The translations under genes were made by a program, and so were the position numbers. DNA of 64,000 nucleotides, taken from an uncultured Gammaproteobacteria bacterium. Its GTDB lineage: Bacteria; Patescibacteriota; Patescibacteriia; Magasanikbacterales; UBA922. Under the pieces are notes generated by a model, which was not told where the DNA came from, made no database searches, and saw nothing but the letters and a program-made list of their open reading frames with translations. This document shows positions 8,457 to 18,004 of the stretch, in pieces; the first letter of the stretch is position 1; each line of letters opens with the position of its first letter. Where the stretch lies: NCBI GenBank assembly GCA_965231005.1, contig OZ246405.1, forward strand, positions 866,709 through 930,708. Reading direction: 5' to 3'.

Positions 8457-10442
8457 ATGAAGGAAAAAAAGAACAATAATATATTTGTTGACATTGACAT
8501 GTTGACAGGTGACTATGGGAGCACCTCGCATTCAACATCTTGGGTTGAAGAGTCATTTCAATTTTCTACAACAGCTGGAAAACAAGTGGCTTTGCCAAAT
8601 ACTAGTCAACATATTGGTATAAGTTTTTCACAAAAAAAATCATCTTTGTTTTTATGGTTTTTGGCTACAATGTTCTTTTTTCTCCTTGCATGGATCGTAC
8701 ATGTTCAGCTTGTACAAGGAAGCTCCTATCTGAGTGCTGCAGAATCAAATAGAAAAAGAACATTACCAATTCCATCTGAACGGGGATATATTTTAGACAG
8801 AAATGGAATAAAATTAACGGAAAATATCCCTAATTTCTCACTTGCACTTGTTCCTCAAGATTTACCTCGTGATGTTATTAGACGAGAACAAGTTATTCGA
8901 CGTCTTTCAGAATTGACAAGCCAAAATACAACAGAGATTCGTGCAGTTTTGGAGAGGTATGGAAACTATAGTTATGAATCCATTGTAATCCAAGAAGGAC
9001 TTGATTATGAGACAGCATTGCTCATACAGATTGCAGCTGCAGATTTGCCTGGGATACATATTCAGCGGGGAAGTAAGCGACTTTATCTGACAGATTTTCC
9101 TGATACAGGGGTAACCAGCTCAACACTATCACTTTCTCATATTATTGGATATCAAGGGAAACTTTCTCCAGAAGAACTTGATGTTGAGTATGAAAATGGG
9201 TATCTTCCTTCAGATCTTATTGGGAAAACAGGAGTTGAAAAAACATATGAGAGAGCGTTGCGCGGAACATATGGAAGACGAGAGATAGAAGTCAATGCTC
9301 GAGGGAGAGAGCAATCAGTTCTTTCTGAAAAAAGTCCTGAACCTGGAAAACATGTTGTACTTGCAATAGACATTCGAATGCAACAAAAATTAGAGCAAAT
9401 AGTAAAACATTATTTGAACACAGGAGGAAAGAAAAGAGCCGCAGCCGTTGTGTTAGATGTTCATTCAGGTCAAGTACTTGCTCTTGTGAGTGTCCCCGCA
9501 TATGACAACAACCATTTTTCAGGAGGGATCAGTGTTGATCAGTATAGAGCATATTTAAACAATGAGGATAAGCCGCTCTTTAATAGAGCTATTAGTGGTA
9601 CATATCCTTCTGGTTCAACAATTAAGCCAGCTGTTGCAGCAGCAGCGCTTCAAGAAGGAATTATCAATGCGTCTACAAGTTTTCTAAGCTCAGGTGGAGT
9701 GGCTGTGTCTCAATGGTTTTTTCCAGATTGGCTTTCCGGAGGTCATGGTATAACAAATGTAAGAAAGTCACTCGCAGACTCAGTTAATACATTTTACTAC
9801 TACATTGGTGGAGGGTATAGAGATTTTACAGGCCTTGGAGTTGATATGATTACAGCATATCTTCGATCATTTGGATTTGCAAAAGAACTAGGCATTGATT
9901 TAAATGGAGAGCAAGCAGGATTTCTCCCGAGTAAAAAATGGAAGCAAGAAGTAAAAAATGAAAGATGGTATATCGGTGACACATATAATCTCTCAATTGG
10001 TCAAGGAGATATTCTTGTTACACCACTGCAAATTGCATCAATGACAGCATCAATAGCTAATGGTGGAACATTGTATCAACCACATGTAGTAAAAGGGATT
10101 ATTCATTCTGGTTCTGAAAAAGAAGAAAAAATTAAAAAGAAGATAATAGGTGAAAACATTATTTTGCAAAAATATCTTAGGACTGTCAGGCTAGGCATGC
10201 GAGATTGTGTGGTATATGGGTCTTGCAGACGTTTGAGCCTTCTTCCTTTTTCAGCTGCTGGAAAAACAGGAACAGCACAATGGCATGCAGCCAAGGAAAA
10301 TCATGCATGGTTCACTTCTTTTGCCCCATTTGAGGATCCAAAGATTGCAGTTACTGTCCTTGTAGAAGAAGGAGAAGGAGGTTCAAAGATTGCTGCACCA
10401 ATTGCCTATGATTTTTATAAATGGTGGGGAAATTATAGATAG
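8457..10442 (+). CDS. mrdA: Penicillin-binding protein 2 (peptidoglycan D,D-transpeptidase)
   Basis: 661 aa; TM anchor; SGSTIKP (SxxK), SxN-type and AGKTGTAQ (KTG) motifs; downstream of mreBCD. Confidence 0.85.
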   Translation: MKEKKNNNIFVDIDMLTGDYGSTSHSTSWVEESFQFSTTAGKQVALPNTSQHIGISFSQKKSSLFLWFLATMFFFLLAWIVHVQLVQGSSYLSAAESNRKRTLPIPSERGYILDRNGIKLTENIPNFSLALVPQDLPRDVIRREQVIRRLSELTSQNTTEIRAVLERYGNYSYESIVIQEGLDYETALLIQIAAADLPGIHIQRGSKRLYLTDFPDTGVTSSTLSLSHIIGYQGKLSPEELDVEYENGYLPSDLIGKTGVEKTYERALRGTYGRREIEVNARGREQSVLSEKSPEPGKHVVLAIDIRMQQKLEQIVKHYLNTGGKKRAAAVVLDVHSGQVLALVSVPAYDNNHFSGGISVDQYRAYLNNEDKPLFNRAISGTYPSGSTIKPAVAAAALQEGIINASTSFLSSGGVAVSQWFFPDWLSGGHGITNVRKSLADSVNTFYYYIGGGYRDFTGLGVDMITAYLRSFGFAKELGIDLNGEQAGFLPSKKWKQEVKNERWYIGDTYNLSIGQGDILVTPLQIASMTASIANGGTLYQPHVVKGIIHSGSEKEEKIKKKIIGENIILQKYLRTVRLGMRDCVVYGSCRRLSLLPFSAAGKTGTAQWHAAKENHAWFTSFAPFEDPKIAVTVLVEEGEGGSKIAAPIAYDFYKWWGNYR

Positions 10443-10444
10443 GC

Positions 10445-10472
10445 TTGACTACTTTTTCGGCTCTGCTATACT
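10445..10472 (+). promoter_or_regulatory. Sigma-70-like promoter for greA (TTGACT, 16 nt, TATACT)
   Basis: TTGACT at 10445-10450 and TATACT at 10467-10472; greA start codon has no SD. Confidence 0.4.
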
Positions 10473-10500
10473 GACTCTTATGTATTATTGATACTATAAT

Positions 10501-10962
10501 ATGGCTAATACACAATATCTTTCTAAGGAAAAATATGATGAACTTGCTGCAGAGCGAGAGAATTTGAAAAAAGAGAAGATTCCTGCGCTTGCACAAAGAA
10601 TTGATGAGGCAAGACAAATGGGAGATCTTTCTGAAAATGCAGAATACCATGCAGCAAGAGAAGATATGGCATGGTCTCAAAGTCGAGTTAAGCAAATCGA
10701 TCTTATTTTGGATAGTTCAGAACTTATAGATGCCTCGGTGTCTTCAAGTACGGTCAATTTGGGGAGTACCATAGAAGTAAAGATAAATGGACAAAAGCGA
10801 GAGTTCATGATAGTTGGTGCTCAAGAAGCAGATCCCTCTTCAGGAAAAATATCTAATGAGTCACCGTTAGGACAAGCATTTTTAGGAAAAAAGAAAGGTG
10901 ATAAAGTAGAAGTAGAAGTTCCGGCAGGGCTCCAAGAATACAAAATAGTAAAAATTTCATAG
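10501..10962 (+). CDS. greA: Transcription elongation factor GreA
   Basis: 153 aa; N-terminal coiled-coil with MGDLSENAEYHAARED and C-terminal FKBP-like domain. Confidence 0.9.
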   Translation: MANTQYLSKEKYDELAAERENLKKEKIPALAQRIDEARQMGDLSENAEYHAAREDMAWSQSRVKQIDLILDSSELIDASVSSSTVNLGSTIEVKINGQKREFMIVGAQEADPSSGKISNESPLGQAFLGKKKGDKVEVEVPAGLQEYKIVKIS

Positions 10963-10984
10963 TTGACTAGTTTTTTATTTATAA

Positions 10985-11012
10985 AAATTGCTTATTTAAG
11001 CAATTTTTTGAT
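10985..11012 (+). terminator. Hairpin terminator after greA (AATTGCTTA/TAAGCAATT flanked by A and T runs)
   Basis: Inverted repeat preceded by AAAAA and followed by TTTTTGATTT. Confidence 0.4.
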
Positions 11013-11065
11013 TTGATTCAAAAGCTTGTTTTTTGGGTTTATAGCTGGTACACTATTAGTACATA

Positions 11066-12553
11066 TTGACTATAACAAGCAAAATTATGTCTAAAAATCA
11101 GTCCATTGACATTAATGACGAACGTTCAGTACGACTTCAAAAATTACAAGATATAAAAGAAAAGGGAATTAATCCATATCCATCAAAGGCAGAGAGAAAA
11201 GATACTGTGAAATTGGCCTTAGATCTTCCAGAGGGGAGTGCTACTACAATTGTCGGGAGGATAATGATGAAGCGCGAGTTTGGAAAACTTACATTTTGTC
11301 ATCTTCAAGATGAATCAGGACGAATGCAGATTGCTCTTAAAAAAGATGAGCTCGGGGATGATTCATACAAATTTTTTCTTAAGAAAATTGACATCGGTGA
11401 TATTATTGAAGTGACAGGTGAGCGTTTCCTTACACATAAGGGTGAGCAGTCAGTTCTTGTAAAAAAATGGGTATTGCTTACCAAGGCACTTCGCCCGCTT
11501 CCAGACAAATTTCATGGTATTCAAGATGAAGAGTTGCGGCTTAGGAAAAGGTACCTTGAATTTATTTCAAATCCTGAAACAAAAGAACTTTTCTACAAAA
11601 AAGCAACATTTTGGCAGTCAACAAGAAATTTTTTACTTAAAGAAGGATTTTTGGAAGTTGAGACTCCTGTCCTGGAATCAACGTCGGGTGGTGCAGAAGC
11701 AACACCATTTGCAACACATCATAATGCACTAGATATAGATGTATATTTGAGAATCTCAATGGGAGAGCTGTGGCAGAAGAGGCTTATGGTTGCAGGCTTT
11801 GAAAAAACTTTTGAAATTGGTCGTCAATTTAGAAATGAAGGAATGAGTAGGGAACATTTACAAGATTATACGCAAATGGAATTTTATTGGGCCTATGCAA
11901 ATTATGAAGATGGAATGAAACTCGTGGAAAAACTTGTTAAATATATTATTAAGCAAACATTTGGGACAACCACGTTTGATATTAGAGAGTTTAAAGGGAT
12001 AGACTTTAGTAAAAAATGGGGGAGAATTGATTATGTTGAGACATTAGAAAAAAAGTTTGGTATCAATGTATTGCAAGCAACTGATGATGAGCTGCGAGAT
12101 ACATTGAAGAAAGAAGGTATTACTCCTGACAAGAATGTTGGAACAGGAAGATTAATAGATACACTATGGAAACAAGCAAGAAAAGATGTAAAAGGTCCTG
12201 TATTTGTAGTAAATCATCCAGTTATTGTCTCGCCACTTGCAAAAAGAAATCCAGATAATCCTGAGCTTACAGAGCGATATCAGGTCATGGTAGCTGGAAG
12301 TGAGGTTGGAAGTGGATATACCGAGCTAAATGATCCTATTGATCAGGCTGAACGTTTTGAGCATCAGGCAAAATTGCGAGAACAGGGCGATGATGAAGCA
12401 CAAATGCACGATGCAGATTTTGTTGAGGCACTAGAACATGGAATGCCACCAACAACTGGGTTTGGCTTTTCAGAAAGACTCTTTTCATTTCTTGCAAACA
12501 AACCAATCAGAGAAACAGTGTTATTTCCTCTTGTTCGACCTGAACAAGAATAA
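11066..12553 (+). CDS. lysS: Lysyl-tRNA synthetase, class II
   Basis: 495 aa; OB anticodon-binding N-domain then class II core (FRNEG, GSEVGSGYTELNDP, GMPPTTGFGFSERL); the real start is probably the internal ATG about 21 nt downstream (MSKNQS...). Confidence 0.9.
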   Translation: MTITSKIMSKNQSIDINDERSVRLQKLQDIKEKGINPYPSKAERKDTVKLALDLPEGSATTIVGRIMMKREFGKLTFCHLQDESGRMQIALKKDELGDDSYKFFLKKIDIGDIIEVTGERFLTHKGEQSVLVKKWVLLTKALRPLPDKFHGIQDEELRLRKRYLEFISNPETKELFYKKATFWQSTRNFLLKEGFLEVETPVLESTSGGAEATPFATHHNALDIDVYLRISMGELWQKRLMVAGFEKTFEIGRQFRNEGMSREHLQDYTQMEFYWAYANYEDGMKLVEKLVKYIIKQTFGTTTFDIREFKGIDFSKKWGRIDYVETLEKKFGINVLQATDDELRDTLKKEGITPDKNVGTGRLIDTLWKQARKDVKGPVFVVNHPVIVSPLAKRNPDNPELTERYQVMVAGSEVGSGYTELNDPIDQAERFEHQAKLREQGDDEAQMHDADFVEALEHGMPPTTGFGFSERLFSFLANKPIRETVLFPLVRPEQE

Positions 12554-12561
12554 TATTCCAT

Positions 12562-12996
12562 ATGAAAACAGTAATGATATTTGGGTCATTTGATATTTTG
12601 CACTATGGTCATTTGCATCTTTTTAAGCATGCAAGAGAGTATGGTGAAAAATTGGTGGCTGTGTTGGGAAGAGATACTACAATCAGGAAAATGAAAAGTA
12701 TTGATCCATTTCATACGGAAGAAGAACGTTTTGAAATTTTAAAGCAATTTGGTCTTATTGATGAAGTAGTCCTCGGACATGAAGATGATGTATATAAAGT
12801 TTTGAAAGAAGTACGTCCAGATATTATTGCGCTTGGATATGACCAGCATATATTTGTTGATAGACTTGCAGAGCGCATTACTGATTTTGGGTTAGACACA
12901 CGAATTGTTCGCCTACCTCCATACAAGGCAAGTCAATATAAGACAAGTAATATGCGAAGCTATTTAGATGAACGAGTGCTAAGACAGATGCTGTAG
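12562..12996 (+). CDS. Cytidylyltransferase-fold nucleotidyltransferase (RibL/TagD-like; possible FMN adenylyltransferase)
   Basis: 144 aa; GSFDILHYGH (HxGH) motif at the N-terminus, typical of the CTP-transferase-like family. Confidence 0.6.
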   Translation: MKTVMIFGSFDILHYGHLHLFKHAREYGEKLVAVLGRDTTIRKMKSIDPFHTEEERFEILKQFGLIDEVVLGHEDDVYKVLKEVRPDIIALGYDQHIFVDRLAERITDFGLDTRIVRLPPYKASQYKTSNMRSYLDERVLRQML

Positions 12997-12997
12997 T

Positions 12998-14023
12998 ATG
13001 AAATTATTGATTGCAAGTACAAATAAAGGAAAGATTCTTGAAATAGAAAATTTTTTTAAAACATTTCATTTTGACATATTAACGCTTGCAGATATTGATG
13101 ATTCTATAGAACCTATAGATGAACCATATGAAACTGAAGTACTCAATGCGATTCATAAAGCACAATACTATGGCAAACAAACAGGTCTACTTACTATTTC
13201 GGATGACACTGGATTTTATGTAGATGCACTTGGAGGATGGCCAGGTGTACACGGTGCCCGTGTTGAAGATACAAATAATGAAAGAGCTCGTCTTGTTCTT
13301 GAAAAAATGAAGGATGTCCCAGAAGGCGAGAGAGGAGCGTCATTTCGTGGAGCTCTGGTACTATATGATCCAACGAATCAAGAGACATTTGTCACTCAAG
13401 CAATGCATTCTGGAATTATTTTGTCTGAGCAAGTAAAGCAAAAAAAAAATTTATTTGGATATGATCCCATTTTCTACGTTCCTGAGAAAAAGAAAACTCA
13501 TTCTCAAATGACGCCTGCCGAAAAGAATAGTATTAGTTGGAGAGGAAAGGCGCTTGAAAGAATGAAGTATTATCTCGAAAAAATATATGGTGGTGTTCAC
13601 ATTGTTGTACCCCTTGCACTGATTATGAATGATGAAGGAAAACTCCTTATGGCGCTGCGCAATGACCCGCACAGACCTGAGTTTCATGAAACATGGGAGT
13701 TCCCAGGTGGGAGTGTTGAAATGGGTGAAGACATGAAAGAAAATCTTATAAGAGAAACAAAGGAAGAAGTTGGATATGACATTGAAATAGTACGTTTGCT
13801 CCAACACATTGAAGTAAAACAATATTCCCCCTATGAGGGATTTTCGTATCAAGTATATCTGGTGCCATATCTTTGTAAGGTCATAGGTGGAGATGGACAA
13901 ATAGAAGATCAAGAAGTAAAGGAAGTACGATGGTTTGAGTTAGATGATGTTTTGAATCAAAAATTGATGTCGCGGAACGATGTGTTGGTAAAGGGCGTAT
14001 TGCCAGAACTAAAAAAGTGTTAG
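12998..14023 (+). CDS. Fusion protein: RdgB/Ham1 non-canonical NTP pyrophosphatase (N) plus NUDIX hydrolase (C)
   Basis: 341 aa; N-terminus LLIASTNKGKILE...SDDTG...GGWPGVHGAR matches ITPase/RdgB; C-terminus has Nudix box GGSVEMGEDMKENLIRETKEEVGY. Confidence 0.75.
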   Translation: MKLLIASTNKGKILEIENFFKTFHFDILTLADIDDSIEPIDEPYETEVLNAIHKAQYYGKQTGLLTISDDTGFYVDALGGWPGVHGARVEDTNNERARLVLEKMKDVPEGERGASFRGALVLYDPTNQETFVTQAMHSGIILSEQVKQKKNLFGYDPIFYVPEKKKTHSQMTPAEKNSISWRGKALERMKYYLEKIYGGVHIVVPLALIMNDEGKLLMALRNDPHRPEFHETWEFPGGSVEMGEDMKENLIRETKEEVGYDIEIVRLLQHIEVKQYSPYEGFSYQVYLVPYLCKVIGGDGQIEDQEVKEVRWFELDDVLNQKLMSRNDVLVKGVLPELKKC

Positions 14024-14043
14024 CATGATAATTTATTAATTCT

Positions 14044-14373
14044 ATGAGAGAGCAATTTACATTTCGACCAGAATTTATCAAAGTTAGTGAGATGAATTCA
14101 AAAGAGAGGATGGTTGAAACTCTGCAAAATGATGGTGCGTTGAAGTGGTCACTAGACAAATCAGCCTTCAGACTAAAATTATGGTGTGCTGAAGGTGCTC
14201 AGTCATTTCACCAAGCAGTTGATAAGGATGGTTATAGTAAGGGAACTACAGGAACAGTTTGGAAAGATAAAGTAACGTTTTCAGACATGAGATTGTTTAC
14301 CCCAAATGAGCGCAAGGTTATTGCAAAAAAAATTAGTGATTTTTTAAATATTCCATTATATGTTGGACATTAA
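14044..14373 (+). CDS. Hypothetical protein
   Basis: 109-aa ORF filling the gap before serS (overlaps the serS start by 14 nt); no recognisable domain. Confidence 0.35.
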   Translation: MREQFTFRPEFIKVSEMNSKERMVETLQNDGALKWSLDKSAFRLKLWCAEGAQSFHQAVDKDGYSKGTTGTVWKDKVTFSDMRLFTPNERKVIAKKISDFLNIPLYVGH

Positions 14374-15625
14374 TTATATTCGCGACAATATTGATGCTGT
14401 AAAAGAAAATATCAAAAATCGTCACATGACGGTTGATATTGATAGATTATTAGAGCTCGATGAACAACGTCGGGAATTTATTCTTCAGGTTGAAGAATTG
14501 CGAAGTGTTCGTAATAAAAAGTCAAAAGGAAAGCCGAGTGATGCAGATATTGCAAAAATGAAAGAGGTAGGTGATCAAATTAAATATCTTGAGGGGAAAC
14601 AGAAGGACGTTGCAGAGGAATACAAGAAGCTGCTTAGTTCTGTTCCAAATATGGCACATCCAGATGCACCTGTTGGACAGGAAAAAGATTTTTCTGTACT
14701 CGAAACAATTGGGTCACCAAAGAAATTTTCATTTTCTCCAAAAACGCATGATGTGCTTATGCAAGACATGGGTGTTATAGATTTTGAACGTGGTGCAAAA
14801 GTTGCTGGTTCAAAATCTTATTTTCTAAAGGGTGACTTGGTTCGATTGAACTTAGCATTGCTTCAATATGGAATTGATATGGTAACAGAAAAAGGATTTG
14901 AGCTTTGTGAAACACCCGACATGGCAAAGAATGAAATTTTGCAAGGTATTGGATTTAATCCAAGAGGCGAGGAAACACAGGTGTACTCAATAGAGGGAAC
15001 AGACATGAGCCTGATTGGTACTGCAGAAATAACTATGGGTGGATATCATTCTGGTGAAGTTATTGACTTGGAGCACGGTCCTAAAAAATATGCTGCTATT
15101 TCACATTGCTTTAGAACCGAAGCAGGTGCATATGGAAAAGCAAATAGGGGACTATATCGTGTTCATCAATTTTCAAAATTAGAATTATTTGTATATTGTA
15201 AACCAGAAGATAGCCCAACACTTCATCAAGATTTGTTAGATTTGGAAAAAGAAATTTGTAATGGACTAGAAATTCCATATAGGGTTATTGATACACCAAC
15301 AGGGGACTTAGGAGCACCAGCGTATAGAAAATTTGATATAGAGGCATGGATGGTTATGAATGCAGGTGAAGGAGAAGATGGTGGATATGGAGAAATCACA
15401 AGTGCAAGTAACTGCACAGATTATCAAGCACGACGTCTAAACATTAAGTTTAAGAATGAAGAAGGAAAGACAGAATATGTTCATACACTAAATGGTACAG
15501 CCGTTGTTATGAGTCGTTTTCCACTTGCACTCTTTGAAAATCACCAGCAAGAAGATGGTAGTATTGCAATTCCAAAAAAACTACAACCGTACTTTGGTTC
15601 AGACATAATAAAGAAGCAGGTCTAG
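14360..15625 (+). CDS. serS: Seryl-tRNA synthetase
   Basis: 421 aa; N-terminal coiled-coil (MLDINYIRDNIDAVKENIKNR) and class II core (FRTEAG, GLYRVHQF, NGTAVV). Confidence 0.9.
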   Translation: MLDINYIRDNIDAVKENIKNRHMTVDIDRLLELDEQRREFILQVEELRSVRNKKSKGKPSDADIAKMKEVGDQIKYLEGKQKDVAEEYKKLLSSVPNMAHPDAPVGQEKDFSVLETIGSPKKFSFSPKTHDVLMQDMGVIDFERGAKVAGSKSYFLKGDLVRLNLALLQYGIDMVTEKGFELCETPDMAKNEILQGIGFNPRGEETQVYSIEGTDMSLIGTAEITMGGYHSGEVIDLEHGPKKYAAISHCFRTEAGAYGKANRGLYRVHQFSKLELFVYCKPEDSPTLHQDLLDLEKEICNGLEIPYRVIDTPTGDLGAPAYRKFDIEAWMVMNAGEGEDGGYGEITSASNCTDYQARRLNIKFKNEEGKTEYVHTLNGTAVVMSRFPLALFENHQQEDGSIAIPKKLQPYFGSDIIKKQV

Positions 15626-15629
15626 TGGT

Positions 15630-16358
15630 ATGAAGAAAGCGCTCATCATTCTTCCTGGTTGGGGTGGAAGTAAGAAAACATGGAAAGAATTTATCTCTCT
15701 TGCAGAACAGGAGGTTGAAACAGTTTTTTGTATGGAACTTCCATGTTTTGGTGATGAACCATGTCCTTCTGATGCTTGGGGTATTCAAGAATATGCTCAA
15801 TTTGTAAAGAAGAAGATTGAATTATTTAATCATGAAAATCCGGACGCAGAAAAAGTGCTTTTGGGACATTCATTTGGAGGACAAGTTGCTGTTCATCTTT
15901 TAGCTTCTGATAATAGGTTAGTTGATAAACTGATTTTAGTTGGAGCCGCAGTAGTGCGACCTAGAAAGGTGTTGAAAAGATCATTCTTTTTTTTATTAGC
16001 TAAAATTGGTAATGTAATATTTTCTCTTCCAATAGTGAGAAAGGCAGAACCACTTGCAAGAAAAGTACTCTATAAAATAACAGGGTCATCAGATTATCGA
16101 TATACGGATGGTATAAAAAAGGCAATCTTTCAAAAAGTGACAAGACAAGATGTGACGCATGAGCTAGAAATAATTAAAAATAAGACGTTAGTTCTTTGGG
16201 GTGAAAAAGATCGCCACACACCACTCCGATTTGGCAAGCGAATTGCAGCTCTTTTGTCAGATGCATCATTCGTTATGTTGCAAGGGATAAAGCATTGTCC
16301 TCATAGGGAAAGTCCACAGGAAATGATGTCAGTCATTAAGAAATTTATTTATTCATAA
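15630..16358 (+). CDS. Alpha/beta hydrolase fold protein
   Basis: 242 aa; GHSFGG nucleophile elbow (GxSxG) plus later Asp and His. Confidence 0.6.
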   Translation: MKKALIILPGWGGSKKTWKEFISLAEQEVETVFCMELPCFGDEPCPSDAWGIQEYAQFVKKKIELFNHENPDAEKVLLGHSFGGQVAVHLLASDNRLVDKLILVGAAVVRPRKVLKRSFFFLLAKIGNVIFSLPIVRKAEPLARKVLYKITGSSDYRYTDGIKKAIFQKVTRQDVTHELEIIKNKTLVLWGEKDRHTPLRFGKRIAALLSDASFVMLQGIKHCPHRESPQEMMSVIKKFIYS

Positions 16359-16376
16359 TTTTTTCTGTAGAGTCAT

Positions 16377-17999
16377 ATGATTCAAGAATTAGCAAACATA
16401 ATATCATCCTCAACTGTAAATTCTGCGATTGCAATATTGTGGCTTGGGAGTGCATTACTCGACTATGGTGAATTGCTTTATCTTGCTCAGTTAAAAGAAT
16501 ATAGGCTAGATAGATTTAAAGATTTTCTTTCAACCAAGCAAGGAAAAAAGTTTTGGTTTAATTACGGAAGAATGATGCGTCTTTTGCTAGCATTTATGGC
16601 TCTTTTATGGCCAGTAAATGATGTTCCAACTATCAAAATAGTTCTTATTGCACTTCTGACAGTAGATGTAACATATGCCATCTATCATATTTTAAAAAGA
16701 TTATTGCCCCGGCCAAAAATCACTGTAAAAGTTATTTTTATTTTTTCTGTTGCCCTTTTTATAGAAGTACTACTTCTTGGATTAGCTCGTGACTGGGCTC
16801 TTGCATTTTTAATTTTGATAATGCGAGCATTTATTGTTGGCATAGCTATTTCCCTTTCATTTTATCCAACTGCTATTGCTAAAAAATTTATTATTTTCTT
16901 AGCAGCAAAAAAGCTAAAAAAATATAAAAAGCTAACAGTCATAGGGATCACAGGAAGTTATGGAAAATCAACGGTAAAGGAATTTCTTTCTCATTTACTT
17001 TCATCAAAATTTGAGGTTATAAAGACACCTAAGAACATTAATACTGAAATTGGAATAGCAAAACTTATTTTGAAAACAGATTTTTCAAATGCGGATGTAT
17101 TTGTTGTGGAAATGGGTGCATATAAGCTAGGAGAGATTAAACTCATCTGCGACATGGTAAAGCCAAAAATAGGTATTCTTACTGCAATAAATGAGCAACA
17201 TCTCTCGCTATTTGGAAGCTTAAAAAATACACAGCAGGCAAAGTTTGAGTTACTGCGTTCGATTCCAAAAGATGGTCTTGCAGTTTCAAATGTTGACAAT
17301 CCATTATGTAGGGAATTTTTACATGATCTGGAAGCGACTGTGCAAACATATGGATCTGATGCTGAATTTAAGCCTACAGTCATGCTCACAGAGATCAATC
17401 AAGATAAAGATGAAAAAAGTATTTCAGGAAAATCAATTGTTTATGGTGTTGAATACGATATGTCAATTCCTGTTGTTGGAGCGCATAATGCATGGAACTT
17501 TGCAGCAGCCGGGTTGGTCGCAGGGTATCTTGGGCTTTCATATCAGGAGATTAACAACAAAGCGCAAACATTGACTCTTCCATCTATGACACTAGAGCAA
17601 ACACAATATGGAAATTGTACGGTTATTAATGATAGTTACAATTCCAATCCAGATGGATTCAAAGCTGCGCTTCATCTTCTTTCTTCGTTTTCTTCAGCGA
17701 GAAAAAAAATTGTCATTACCCGTGGAATGGTTGAACTCGGTGATAAAAGTGATGAGATTCATGAGGATGTTGCGGGTGAGATTGATTTTATTGCTGATGT
17801 ACTTGTAATTATAAGTGAGGACTTTAGTGAATCCCTTCAAAAGGGAGTTGTAGGAAAATATAGAACAGATATTTTGTTGCGTTACGAGTCTGAAAATCTT
17901 TTGAAGTATGTAAAGTCGTTAAAAGACACTGATTCAGTTATTTTGATAGAAAATAGAATTCCAGCTCTTGTCTATAAAGAAATTTTTGGAGAGGTATAA
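16377..17999 (+). CDS. murF: MurF-like UDP-MurNAc-tripeptide--D-Ala-D-Ala ligase with an N-terminal polytopic membrane domain replacing the canonical N-domain
   Basis: 540 aa; first ~180 aa form about 5 hydrophobic helices; then P-loop GITGSYGKST, Mur ligase central domain, and C-domain NDSYNSNPDGFKAAL...ITRGMVELGD typical of MurF. Confidence 0.7.
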   Translation: MIQELANIISSSTVNSAIAILWLGSALLDYGELLYLAQLKEYRLDRFKDFLSTKQGKKFWFNYGRMMRLLLAFMALLWPVNDVPTIKIVLIALLTVDVTYAIYHILKRLLPRPKITVKVIFIFSVALFIEVLLLGLARDWALAFLILIMRAFIVGIAISLSFYPTAIAKKFIIFLAAKKLKKYKKLTVIGITGSYGKSTVKEFLSHLLSSKFEVIKTPKNINTEIGIAKLILKTDFSNADVFVVEMGAYKLGEIKLICDMVKPKIGILTAINEQHLSLFGSLKNTQQAKFELLRSIPKDGLAVSNVDNPLCREFLHDLEATVQTYGSDAEFKPTVMLTEINQDKDEKSISGKSIVYGVEYDMSIPVVGAHNAWNFAAAGLVAGYLGLSYQEINNKAQTLTLPSMTLEQTQYGNCTVINDSYNSNPDGFKAALHLLSSFSSARKKIVITRGMVELGDKSDEIHEDVAGEIDFIADVLVIISEDFSESLQKGVVGKYRTDILLRYESENLLKYVKSLKDTDSVILIENRIPALVYKEIFGEV

Positions 18000-18004
18000 A
18001 AGGT

